A DNA stretch of 63,260 nucleotides, the filler included, from Atractiella rhizophila (Eukaryota): NCBI GenBank assembly GCA_021432655.1. It is 5 parts of 5 records of this genome, joined end to end, with 100 filler letters (N's around TTAATTAATTAA, not from the genome) between each part and the next. Parts side by side here need not be neighbours in the genome. Positions count along the whole stretch, not along the records: positions 25,258 to 50,251 come from MU271781.1; 4 more parts are not named here. The stretch is one strand, 5' to 3'. Position 1 is the stretch's first letter; every line of letters starts with the position of its first letter. The notes under the pieces were generated by a model. The model had not been told where the DNA came from. It ran no database searches and saw nothing but the letters and a program-made list of their open reading frames with translations. Shown piece after piece: positions 38,827-50,189 of the stretch. Made by a program: the position numbers and the translations under genes.

Positions 38827-39121
38827 TTACGGATCCCGTCTTCTGGTCTTTTGGGAGATTTTGGGACGTCGATGTTACTCTAACTTAATACTGACCGGAG
38901 GCTTTCCAAATTGCTGCCAAAATATGCCCAAAAGCCCCAAAACGTCCCAATCTCCCAAAACGAAGTTGACAGGGATCTAAGGCTAGGAGTAGTTGGTGGT
39001 CAATAATGAGCACCAACACTCCTAAGCAAAACTAAACTACATAGTGATGACTCATATGAGTCATAAGAGACAGATGACCAACACAACACTAACAAAACTG
39101 ATCTGTCAATCCCTAGCCACA

Positions 39122-41530
39122 GCTCCTTGTCTTGAGTGTTTGATCTTGACTGTTAAGCAATGTCATAAACACTATTATGTATGTCGTGTCAAGGAACTTG
39201 TTTAAGTAAAAGATGAATAGCAGAGGCAGACAGCAACAAGCTTAACATGTTGTTGACACAGCACACTGGATTTGCCGCCCATTTCAAACAAACGTGTGCT
39301 CAAATGTCAGTCTGGTCAATTAATGACCTTGTTCCTCACTTGATCTTTTGATATTCATAATTGTTTTGATTATAATACTCACGGTAGAGCAGCTCCTCAG
39401 ACGATGACTCTGGTATTAGGGCTAACATTATGTATGGTCAAGGATGGGTGATACGTCTGCAGTGGAGATAAACCTAAGTGAATATCATGACATGAAGTGT
39501 CTAACCTGTGGTGGAGATAAACCTAAAGAGAATACTCCAAGGTCATTGCCACTACATCTTGGTTTATATAATGTGTAGGGTATTATTAGCATGAATTGTA
39601 AAGTATGTTTATGAAACATGTGTCATAGCTAAATCAGCAAGGTAATAAAGGAAATAGTTAGAAATAAGTTATGGGAAGAGGAATAATATGAAAGGATGGT
39701 AAGATGAAACAATAGTAATGTAGACCAGCAAAATGAACGGGAGTACTGAGCGGTGAACTGCATGTGAGACACAAAGCGGCAAAGAGTATGGGAAGGGGCA
39801 AAGTGGTGAGTGATAAAAGCACTGATTAGCGAATTAGGAAAGCAAGTCACGTGACCTGAACAAAAGCATTTTGGTAATGTATAGGAGCAAGCCTATCATC
39901 AGAATGGAACAAGATATAATAGGCCACTGAAATTGGAGAAGCAACTCAGTTGAATGCTCCTTTAAAAGATGGGCCATCCAGATATTGATGAGCAGGATGT
40001 GGAGGAGCTCTATCAATGGTACTATGGATCAGCTAGAGTAGATAAGGATGCAGGTGGTGAGATCAACTGTTTAGGTATGCATTTCCTCTGTATTGATATT
40101 TTTATTTCTGTTTCAAGGTGAGTGTTACCTCGCTTCAGCTGAGAAAGATTCCCTAAAAGCTTTCAATCTTTTCAAAAAAAGCTGGAATAACTTGTTAATG
40201 TTTTAATATATTGCAAGACGTATGACTAGATAGGCTGGAAATTGCAAGCCCGCCTAAGCTTGTACAAAAACTTGAGAAACTTGCTGACCTGCGAGCAGAG
40301 GGTTTGAAAGCTACATAAACTCACATGCCAATTTTAACTGCCCTCTGTATGAGGGCTATCAGCCGTGCCCATACTGCAATAAGCCTCTTTATGACAGTGT
40401 TGGGGGGTTAACAAAGGACTGGAAATATTTCCACTTATTCCACACCTTTGAGCTATTACAGGGAATACAGTCATAGGGAAACCATCAAGCCCTGTCATAA
40501 AGAAGAGCAATGGCTTGCTTTCTCATTCCAGGCCTAAAAGCTCTAAAGGATATTGATTAGTTCCTTCATGCTCTTTATGAGGAAGCAATTGAGATGGTAT
40601 AAGGATTTCCCTCCAGTCCTCAGAGACAAAAACTGAATTCATTCAGTGTACATACTTCATCTTTGTATTAGCCACAGACAAGCCACCAATAAATTGATGA
40701 ACATGAAAGGCTTAAATGAAATTATGTGCTGCTGCACTTGTGAAGCTTGAGGGATCTACATGGCAGAACCTACTACTGTAAGGATCTAAGGCTAGGAGCA
40801 GTTGGTGGTCAATAATAAGCACCAACACTCCTAGGCAAAACTAAACTACATAGTGATGACTTATATGAGTCATAAGAGGCAGATGACCAAAACAACACAC
40901 TACAACTAACACTCCCACCTGGGCAGCTGTCTCTTGATGCTCCCACCAAATCCAGAGAATCACCCACCGAATTCATACAATGTATAATCGATATAAAGCA
41001 GAAAGCATATTAGTTTTGCAATGAAAAGAAGGGAAAAAGTCCTCGTACCGCTTAAAGCGGCGTCTTATAACCCCACAGAGGAGGAAAGGAATTTTATTGC
41101 GCCCCATAACTGCCTCAGACACTTGGGTAGGGGCGCAAACCCATCATAACACGAAACTTGTCCACACTGGCGACTGGAAGTGCCTTGGTGAGGAGGTCTG
41201 CTGGCATATTGACACCCGGACAGAAGACTGGACTGATCTTGCCCATCTCAACAACATCTCTGAGCCAATAAAAGCGAAGATCCAGGTGTTTCATTCGACC
41301 ATGGTGCTCAGGGTTCTTGGATACCTGGAGAGCACTGCTGCTATCTGTGAAGAGAGCTGTAGGACCTTGAGGAGCGAAGCCAATCTCTTCTAAACGATTC
41401 CTTAGCCAGACGACTTCTTGGCCAGCTGAGACTCCTAAGACATATTCTGCTTCGGTTGTGGAAAGGGCAACGAGGGATTGTAGTTTGCTGCTCCAACTGA
41501 CTGCTCCGTTGCCTATCTTGAGGAGATAGC
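39122..41530 (+). repeat. ~2.4 kb direct repeat, copy 2
   Basis: Matches 26984-29392 with scattered transitions. Confidence 0.95.
40777..40911 (-). repeat. LTR-A, 3' LTR copy
   Basis: Same sequence and flanks as 28639-28773. Confidence 0.88.
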
Positions 41531-42060
41531 TGTAAGGATCTAAGGCTAGGAGTGGTTGGTGGTCAATAATAAGCACATTAGAGAAGTATAGAGAGACATA
41601 CCTAGGAGTGGTTGGTGGTCAATAGTGAGCACCAACACTCCTAGGCAAAACTAAACTACATAGTGATGACTCATACGAGTCATAAGAGTTATAAGAGGCA
41701 GATGACCAAAACAACACACTACAACTAACAATAGCCTCCTGTAGAACGTCCAGTATCCTTGCACCCAGCAAAATCTACATTGCAGAAGGCGTGAATAGGT
41801 TGCTTGAGGTTGAAACCAGCTGCAGAATACTCAATTCCTAAGTTCTGAGTGCCTTTGAGGTATCGTAGAAGATGCTTGGCCGCTTCCCAGTGCTTCTTTC
41901 CAGGATTAGAAAGGTACTTTCCAAGGACAGAGACTGCGTGAGCAATATCCGGACGAGTGGAGATGCCTAAGTACATCATGGAGCCAACAACGTTGCTGTA
42001 AGGGATTGTGCGCATTTCGTCTTGTTCTTCCTTTGTCTGAGGGCAGTCCTGCTTGCTGAG
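41115..42060 (-). pseudogene. Copia RT C-terminus/RNase H fragment interrupted by a solo LTR
   Basis: PYSNVVGSMMY, TRPDI, RSTGGY | LLKIGNGAVSWSSK, ALSTTEAEY. Confidence 0.92.
41531..41730 (-). mobile_element. Solo LTR-A (200 bp) with 5-bp TSD ATAGC
   Basis: ATAGC|TGTAAGG...CTAACA|ATAGC; removing it restores the RNase H frame. Confidence 0.93.
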
Positions 42061-42173
42061 ACCAGCAAAACTAAACTACATAGTGATGACTCATATGAGT
42101 CATAAGAGACAGATGACCAACACAACACTAACAAAACTGATCTGTCAATCCCTAGCCACCGCTCTCGCTACCA

Positions 42174-42382
42174 TGAGAGAATCTGATGCTGGATGGAGCT
42201 AGGGGACAGAGATTGGTGGTCAAAGATGATGACATTGATAGGGAAACACATACCTAGGGGACAGAGATTGGTGGTCAAAGATGATGACCGCCTAAGCTGC
42301 CCCCTATGGGGCTAAAACTCCGAAATGAAGCAAACACAACAAAGGTGGCTGACCACACAACACAAGACCACAAAATATAACA
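42174..42382 (-). repeat. LTR-B (209 bp), 5' LTR with adjacent PBS
   Basis: TG...CA termini, PBS at 42161-42173, internal direct repeat CTAGGGGACAGAGATTGGTGGTCAAAGATGATGAC. Interrupts a Copia integrase-RT linker. Confidence 0.7.
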
Positions 42383-44720
42383 CCTAATCCAACAGGGATA
42401 GCGAGAGGAGGCATCATTTGGAGAGGATCAGGCGATTCTGTCTGTCTTCCCACCATCATTAGTCCAGTCCAAGGGTCTCTCTGAGGAACAAGACGTAGGG
42501 GGGGTGTTACTGGCCGCTCTGGAGCAGCCTGTGGCCTGTCTGGTGCTTCTTCCCTCTCTTGCTCCACTTCCTGATTTTCTCCTTCGTCCCTTAATCCTTC
42601 AAAACGATTTGGGGACTCCACCCTGAGTCTCTCCCGCTCTCCCTGATCTTCCAAAGCATCCTCCTCCTCTTCATCTTCACCAAAATCCAAAAGGACGGCA
42701 GGAGCATCTCTCTTTCCTTCTCCCACCTGATCCTGACGTTCTTTCCACTCGTCCAGTGGTCCCTGAGGCGGTTCCAACGCGTTCTCCTTCCTCCTGACTT
42801 TGCAAAGCATCTCCCTCTCATCAAATTTCGCAGTATCTCGAGTGTAGACCTTCTTAGTCACTGGATCCCAGAAATCCCAGCCTTTAGCGCTGGTAGAGTA
42901 ACCTATAAAGGCACATCTGCGTGTATGGGATGCCAGACTGTGCCGTCTTTCTTCCTTCTGAACTTGGACATAGGCAGTGGAGCCTAGGACTCTGAAACGT
43001 GAAATATCAACCAATTGTCCTGTTAATTTTGTGTAGGGAATGGAGTGATTGATGGAGGAAGAGGGGGATCTGTTCCTCATGTGAACAACAGCCGAAGCAA
43101 GGTGAGGCCAGAGGAATAGTGGCAAACCAGATTCCTCCAGTATCGCCACCATACCCTCCTGAATCGTCCTATTTGCTCTCTCTGCTCTCCCATTTTGATG
43201 AGGAGAGTTCCTAATCGTTTGCTCACGCTGGATGCCACAATTTCGAAGGTATTCATCGAAATCTGTTGAGGAGTAGGCACCTTCTTTGTCCTCCCTGAAT
43301 CTCTTGATTTTCCTGTAAGGATCTAAGGCTAGGAGTGGTTGGTGGTCAATAATGAGCACATTAGAGAAGTATAGAGAGACATACCTAGGAGTGGTTGGTG
43401 GTCAATAATGAGCACCACACTCCTAGACAGAACTAAACTACATAGTGATGACTCATACGAGTCATAAGAGTCATAAGAGGCAGATGACCAAAACAACACA
43501 CTACAACTAACAAGAACTAAACTACATAGTGATGACTCATAAGAGTCATAAGAGTCATAAGAGGCAGATGACCAAAACAACACACTACAACTAACATTTC
43601 CTTCCAGTCAAGGTCTCCATCATAGCTTTGTACTCCTTAAAGCGTTGAGGTGCTTCTGACTTGTTCCTGAGAAAAACAATCGTCCAGTGACTTGTTGCCT
43701 CGTCTATAAACGTCACCCAATAGCGAAATCCTTCTCTTGAAGCAACTGGGAGCAGTCCATGAAGATCTGAGCTGATCCTCCCTAAAATTTCCGTCTCCCT
43801 ATTCTCTGCAGCCTTGTTGTAGATCCTATGCTGCTTCCCAGCGATGCAGGGCTCACAGATGGGGTCAGGAGCGTCCTCTGAGTCCAGAATCATTCCTTTC
43901 ACGAGTCCTTTCTTCAGCATTCACTTTACATCTTCATGATTCAAGTGGGCAAGTCTCCTGTGCCACAGGGAAGCGTTTAGAGGGGTAGTGGAGGCATGTG
44001 CAACGAATTCTGAGGCCATGAGCGTTCGATGATGGCACTCATGCTTCCTCTCCTGTGGTTAATGGTTGCTAAGAAGCAGAGATTTCCAGCCTTGAGGAAG
44101 CGTACTCTGCTCCCAATGATGGTCACGGTTACACCTTCGAAGATTGTGAGCTTGAAAACAGATAGGAGATTGCTGCGCAATTTGGGGACGTGTAGGACAT
44201 TGTGAATAGTGACCTTCTTCGACTTTTTATCCTCCAATTTCGCCTCAATCACCACTTCTCCAGTAGACCAGATCACTTCTCCATTCGCAACTCTGATGGG
44301 TACAACGTGTTTTTGATAGGATTTGAAGAAGTGGGAATGTGGAGTCATTGATGAAGTTGCTCCTGTATCGATAATCCAGTCAGTCCCAGCTTTCTGGCGA
44401 CTAATGGTATCATCTACCGCTGCATAACTGGTCTCTCCAGCGAATTCTGGCTTTTCCCCTTCGACTTTGGCTTCCTTCACCGCTTCCAGCTTGCCATACT
44501 TCGATCTGTACTTCTCCAACTTGATCCTATTGCGTCAAGAAGCAGTTTCTGGGCAGTGGGAGACAAAGTGGCCCTTCCTGTGGCAGTAGTTGCACACAGA
44601 TTGCGAAAAATCTCGAGTTCCTCCTCTTCCACCACCTCTGCCACCTCTGTGGGATGCCATCCTCCTCGTCCTCTGTTGCTGCTGGATGCCTGATTTTGCT
44701 GGATTTAGCCAATTGCACTA
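42383..44720 (-). pseudogene. Copia gag-pol relic (zinc knuckle, protease, integrase) with stops, frameshift and a solo-LTR insertion
   Basis: CNYCHRKGHFVSHC, WIIDTGATSSM, CEPCIAGK, SDLHG, FIDEAT, QNGRAERANRT. Confidence 0.92.
43314..43596 (-). mobile_element. Solo LTR-A (283 bp, internal duplications) with 5-bp TSD TTTCC
   Basis: TTTCC|TGTAAGG...CTAACA|TTTCC; removing it restores TLTGRKIKRFRED. Confidence 0.94.
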
Positions 44721-44776
44721 AAATGACCAGTCATTCCCAACAGTGCAGATTAACCCTTTATACCCAAGGTTCAACA

Positions 44777-44897
44777 GGTTGGTGGTCAATAATGAGCACC
44801 AACACTCCTAGGCAAAACTAAACTACATAGTGATGACTCATACGAGTCATAAGAGTCATAAGAGGCAGATGACCAAAACAACACACTACAACTAACA
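44777..44897 (-). repeat. Partial LTR-A with the same right junction as 41730
   Basis: ...CTAACA|ATAGCCTCCTGTAGAACG at both sites. Confidence 0.85.
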
Positions 44898-47800
44898 ATA
44901 GCCTCCTGTAGAACGTCCAGTATCCTTGCACCAAGCAAAATCTACATTGCAGAAGGCATGAATAGGTTGCTTGAGGTCGAAACCAGCTGCAGAATACTCA
45001 ATTCCTAAGTTCTGAGTGCCTTTGAGGTATCGTAGAAGATGCTTGGCCGCTTCCCAGTGCTTCTTTCCAGGATTAGAAAGGTACTTTCCAAGGACAGAGA
45101 CTGCGTGAGCAATATCCGGACGAGTGGAGCTGCCCAAGTACATCATGGAGCCAACAACGTTGCTGTAAGGGATTGTGCGCATTTCGTCTTGTTCTTCCTT
45201 TGTCTGAGGGCAGTCCTGCTTGCTGAGACTGTGTCCAACATTGAGAGGAGTGAGACAGGGTTGCAGTCATCCATCTGTTGGCGTTCCAGAAGGTCCTTGA
45301 CATACTGTTCTTGATCCAACCACATCATTCTTCGCTTCCTATCCCTCCTAATACGAACCCCAAGTAGGAATTCCGTTGGTCCAAGGTCTCTGAGCTTGAA
45401 TCGCTTCCCCAACTCCCTCTTGAAGTCCTCCACAGCACCCTTGGATGTGCTAGCAATCGTAATATCATCCACAAAGACCGGGACAAGTACTTTGATGTCC
45501 CCCTTCGAGTAAATCCACAGACTAGAGTCGCTCTTGATCTTCTTAAATCCCATATCGACAAGTTCCTTATCGAGTTTCTTCTGCCATTGACGCCCTCCTT
45601 GCCTTGTGCCATAGATGGCCTTGATTAGCTTGAGAACATACTCTGGAGGACCCTGTGGATGACCTTCTGGTTGTTGTGCATAGATCTCTGCATCCATATC
45701 GCCGTTGAGGAATGCCGTAGAAATGTCCACTGACTCCAGCTCCACGTCAAGACACAAGCGAGCGAAAGAATCGTCCTAAGTGTCGCCCATTTGACCATAG
45801 ATGTGAAAGTATCAAAGTAGTCGAATCCAGGGCGTTGAGAGAACCCCTTGATGACGAACCTGGCCTTGAAGCGCTCAATAGAACCATCCGACTTCTTCTT
45901 AACTGCAAACACCCATCGAGAACCAACAATTTTTGCTCCTTTAGGTGGTTTGACCAGAATCCAACTCTTGTTGTCCAAGTGAGATTGAATCTCCTTCACT
46001 GTCGCTTCATGCCATTCCTTCGCATTAGGGCTTGCCATGGCTCTTGAATATGACTGAGGGACCTCTACTCCTGTTGCTGCACTCATGGCATGCTCTGTGA
46101 CAAGCATATCGCCGTATTCCATCGCCTCTGGCTCAGTGAGGATGTCACATTCCTTTACCAACATCCCAAGCTCATCTGTTGACCCTTCGTCGTTGTTTTG
46201 AGGCGCTTCTGGGGTCCTAAATCTGTCTACAGGTCGTCCTCTACTCATAGAATAAATTCTTGAAGGCCTGGTGATAGGGGGAGGTGTCGAAGCTGCTGGA
46301 GGAGGTCGATCTGGTTTTGTTGGGCGAATTTGGAGTGGGTCTGGAGACTCTGAGAATCTAGGCATGTGAACTCCTGTCCAAGGATCTCTCTGCATGGTGT
46401 ACTGATGAGGTGTTGTCCCAAGGCGTTCAGGCACAAGCTGTAGTGGGTCTGGAGACGCCTCTCTTTCTTCTTCTTCTTCCTCTTCGACCTGCAGGGGCTG
46501 AAATCGATTTGGAGACTGTATTCCAAGCGGTCTGGTTTGTTCCTGAGGTGTAGGCAGTGCTCCTGGCTGTCGAATCCATCCTTCTTCTTCTTCTTCATCG
46601 TCGTCTAGCGATATCCTGGCTGGAGGAGCGGCTGGAGCATTATTCTGTCCATCTCCCACCTGATCCTGGCGCTCCTTCCACTGATCAAGTGGTCCCTGTG
46701 CTTCTTCCAACATAATCTTCTCCTTTCTGACCTTGCAGAGCATCTCTCTCTCATCAAATCTGGCAACATCTCGAGTGTAGACCTTCTTCCCAACAGGATC
46801 CCAGAACTCCCACCCTTTCGCTGCAAGGGAATAGCCTATAAATGCGCATTTTCGAGTATGAGATCCTAGGCTGTGTGGCCTTTCATCCTTCTGAACTTGA
46901 ACGTAGGCAGTGCATCTAATGATTCTGAATCTTGAGATGGTTGGAGTAAGTCCAGTGAGTTCTGTGTGGGGAATAGCATGGTTGATCGAAGCTGAGGGAG
47001 ATCTGTTGCGAATGTGGACGACCGCTGAAGCGATAGACGGCCAGAGAAAGGGTGGAAGTCCAGATTCCTCAAACATGGCGACCATAGTCTCTTGAATCGT
47101 CCTATTGGCTCGCTCTGCTCTGCCGTTCTGATGAGGAGAGTTCCTGATAGTTTGTTCACGCTGGATACCACAGGCCTTGAGGTATTGATCGAATTCTTTG
47201 GAGGAATAAGCACCTTCCTTGTCCTCTCTAAACTTCTTGATCTTCTTCCCAGTGACATTCTCTACCCAATTCTTGAAGGTCTTGAAGAGTTCTGGGGCCA
47301 GACGCTTGATGTCCTCATGATTAAGATGTCCCAGTCTTCTGTGCCACAGAGAGGCATCCATAGGCAGTGTGGAAGCATTTCCAGCAAATTCTGGAGCAGG
47401 AAGGGTGTTCCCGTTGTGTATCCCAGCCATGCTTCCATTCTTGTAGTCCACAGTGGCAGTAAGGCAGAGTTTTTGACCCTGGAAGAAGAGAACCTTGTTG
47501 TGTTTGATGGAGACCCTCATTCCCTTGTAGATGGTGAGCCTGAAGACTGACAGGAGGTTGTTCCAGAGCTTGGGGACATGTAGGACGTCTGAAATGGTGA
47601 TGGTGGTGGTCTTCTTCTCCCCTAACTTGGCTTCAAAGATCAGGCTACCAATTCCAGCACTCCAAATCACTTCTCCACTTGCTACCCTGATAGGAATGAC
47701 CTTCTTGTGATAGGTTCTGAACCAATGGCGATGAGGAGACATGTGGGAAGTTGCACCAGTGTCTGCTATCCACTCAAGGCTTGCTTGAGGCATAGTGACA

Positions 47801-48614
47801 TCATTTGCTGCAGCAAGACTGTTCAGCCCAGCAAATTTCAACCCATTAAGAGCCATTTCCATCCCAAACATCCTCCTAGACCCTGTGGTTGAGTCCTAAG
47901 ATCCCCTGATGTGATGCAGAAAGAGTGATAGGGGCTGATGTGATGATGATGTGATGGTGGCAAATTTCGAAATTTTGACTGTTCTGATCAAGGTGATCTG
48001 TTGTAGGATAGTAGAATAGCCTATTGTGAATCCAATGGCGATAAAATTGTCCAGATCAGACCAGATCAGACTTCAAAAAGTCGAAAAATGCTTTTTTTGG
48101 GGTATGAAGGAGGTGATGCAGTGGCTATCTCGAAATTTTTGCTTATTGTGACCAAGATGGCTCCTAGTAAAGTTGTAGCGCAGTGTTTCGCGATCAAAAT
48201 AAGCCCTATAACGTCCAAATTTGTCAAAGTTTGAGTCCAGGGTGGCAAAGTGCATTTTGAGGCAGGAGATGGGTGGTAAGGAGATAGATTACAATTTTTC
48301 TTGATTTCTGAGTAGGCAGAAACCTTCTAAGGTGGTAAAGGAATGTCTGAGGATCACAAATCTGTCTTGATCATCGAAATTGAGCAAAATTTGAGTGTAG
48401 GAGGGGTGAAAATGTGGTCTGGAGGAGGGGGAAGGTGATGGGTGTGGCAAAGTGTAATCCTAGCCACCAGCTCTCGCTCTCACTACTATGTAAGGATCTA
48501 AGGCTAGGAGTAGTTGGTGGTCAATAATGAGCCCTAGGCAAAACTAAACTATATAATGATGACTCATAAGAGTCATAGGAGGCAGATGACCAACACAACG
48601 CACTACAACTAACA
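44898..48614 (-). mobile_element. Copia pol-only element: 5' LTR-A, degenerate PBS, non-coding leader, PR-INT-RT; frameshifted and 3'-truncated
   Basis: 748-aa ORF starts just before the protease, followed by RT motifs RFKARFVIKGFSQ, VDISTAFLNG, YGTRQGGRQW, VFVDDI. No gag motifs between LTR and protease. Confidence 0.9.
48489..48614 (-). repeat. LTR-A (126 bp), 5' LTR
   Basis: TGTAAGG...CTAACA on the + strand, adjacent to a degenerate PBS. Confidence 0.85.
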
Positions 48615-48800
48615 GGAGGGTGTTGAGAGCAGTGAAATGAGTGGAGGAGCCCTTCTCCAATGCAGCCCTTTTACAAAGCAGCCCTTGTAATCTCCCAGAA
48701 GGGAATCCACCTAGCCTCCCTGGTTAGTCTGGTGATGGACAAGCAAGAAATGATGTCTGGTCAAATGCCATAAATGTTGCATGTTGCATGTTGTATGTTG

Positions 48801-50189
48801 TGATGAAATTACAAGTTCATAGTATTATGATAAAGAATCTAGTGCTTTTATACCTTTACAGTAGGTGGCAAACATTGGTAAGCATGGAAGTCCAGAAGGT
48901 TCACAGCCACAGAACAGGTGGCAATGAATGACACTCAACGTGCCAAAATCCTGACAAACTCCACCTTGAGCAAATGAAATGCCACAAAAGAAATAAAAGA
49001 AACACATCTAAGAAAAGGAAGAAACACACTAAACTGGATCCTGAGAATGAAGCTCCCCCTCACTCTCCCTTATTCCAGTAATTCTCCAATCTCACTAATC
49101 TCCACAACCGTTGAAGGATCAGGCCACCTTCCAAGCTGCACGTCTGTGGTTGATTCCCGGCCGCCACACGCACAACTTCAATGGGTCCTTATTTTCTCAA
49201 AAGGCCGCAGAAATGGTGAATGAGGACATTGCCTCCCTTGGCGCAGCCTTCTCTGGACAATCGCGCGCTAAATGTCCAGAGTTTCCACAGACGTAGCAAT
49301 GAATTAATCGTGAAGAATTTGAGTTATCGCGGGGTTTGAACCTTCTGCTTGTTGTGATCAACACTTCCCCAGTTTCCTCCTTTACTCCTCTTCTCCCCTC
49401 CTAATTCCTGAGAGCTCCAATGACGTCTTGAATGGTCAACTCTTCTTTAGTTGCCATCAAAGTCCCGGCTAAGCCCCCCCAATCCTCCGTGAGGCTGAAA
49501 ATGAGAACGTCTGTTATATCGGTATCTTCTAGTTTAAGCCCGATCGATTTGAGATTAGAAGCACTGGAGGAAACTTCTTGAATGTAAGCTTCAACCGGTT
49601 TTGTGGAATCGTGCTTGGCGTTGTAGAACCGACGTTTCAGCATGATTCTGTTTGCTCAGCTGTTCTTCTCATATTTCTCCTTCAAAGCCTTCCATGCGGC
49701 CGCTCCAGCTGTGCAATCTCGGATGTAATTGTATTGGGATGGATCGACACTCAATCCGATGATGGTGAGTCCCAATTCATTACTTTCTTTCCAAGTCCTC
49801 AGTTTCTTATCCTCTGGCAAAGGCTCCTCCACCACTCCACTCACTTCATCCCAGCAACTCCCTCTCTTCAGGACCAAAGTAACAGCAAATTTCCAGTCAT
49901 TGTAGTTGCTCTCTGTAAGCTTGGGGACCGACTGAAATAGTGTGTTGAGATTTGAGGTGGACATTGTAAAGTGGGCTTGGCTGCAGGTGTGGGTGCTTAA
50001 AGATAGAACACTGCTCTTACTACCAATTGATGAAATTACAAGTTCATAGTATTACGATAAAAAATCTAGTGCTTTTATACCTTTACAGTAGGTGGCAAAC
50101 ATTGGTAAGCATGGAAGTCCAGAAGGTTCAAGAAAACAGCCACAGAACAGGTGGCAACAAATGACGCTCAACGCGCCAAAACCCTGACA
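48801..50189 (-). mobile_element. Gag-only LTR retroelement (1389 bp), LTR-C at 48801-48956 and 50028-50189, 5-bp TSD TGTTG
   Basis: Paired TG...CA direct repeats, TGTTG at 48796-48800 and 50190-50194, PBS-like site at 50013-50025, purine-rich GGTGGAG before the 3' LTR, no pol sequence. Confidence 0.9.
49207..49964 (-). pseudogene. Copia-type Gag (UBN2-like region plus CCHC knuckle) with two in-frame stops
   Basis: KLTESNYNDWK, AAWKALKEKYE, CYVCGNSGHLARDC in one frame across a TGA (49656-49658) and a TAG (49401-49403). Confidence 0.88.

Larger units (their letters stand above)
31976..38974 (+). mobile_element. CMC/CACTA (EnSpm-like) DNA transposon, 6999 bp, both ends present
   Basis: Perfect 23-bp TIR CCCTGTCAACTTCGTTTTGGGAG, extending imperfectly to ~45 bp. 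TTTGGGA-like subterminal repeats, Tnp2-type transposase, ATCTAAG on both flanks. Confidence 0.92.
31962..39094 (-). repeat. LTR-A (5' LTR) split by the CMC/CACTA insertion: 31962-31975 plus 38975-39094
   Basis: TGTAAGGATCTAAG | element | ATCTAAGGCTAGGAG...CACTAACA. Confidence 0.88.

Noticed and set aside
28634..39099. Intact Copia insertion bounded by LTRs 28639 and 39094
   Set aside because: The flanks ACTAC and AAACT do not form a TSD and the interior is replaced, so it is a rearranged relic.
28639..48614. Recurrent ~130-bp TGTAAGG...CTAACA repeat as a CRISPR array or MITE
   Set aside because: Irregular spacing, TG...CA ends, 5-bp TSDs and adjacent PBS/purine tract identify it as an LTR; the context is eukaryotic.
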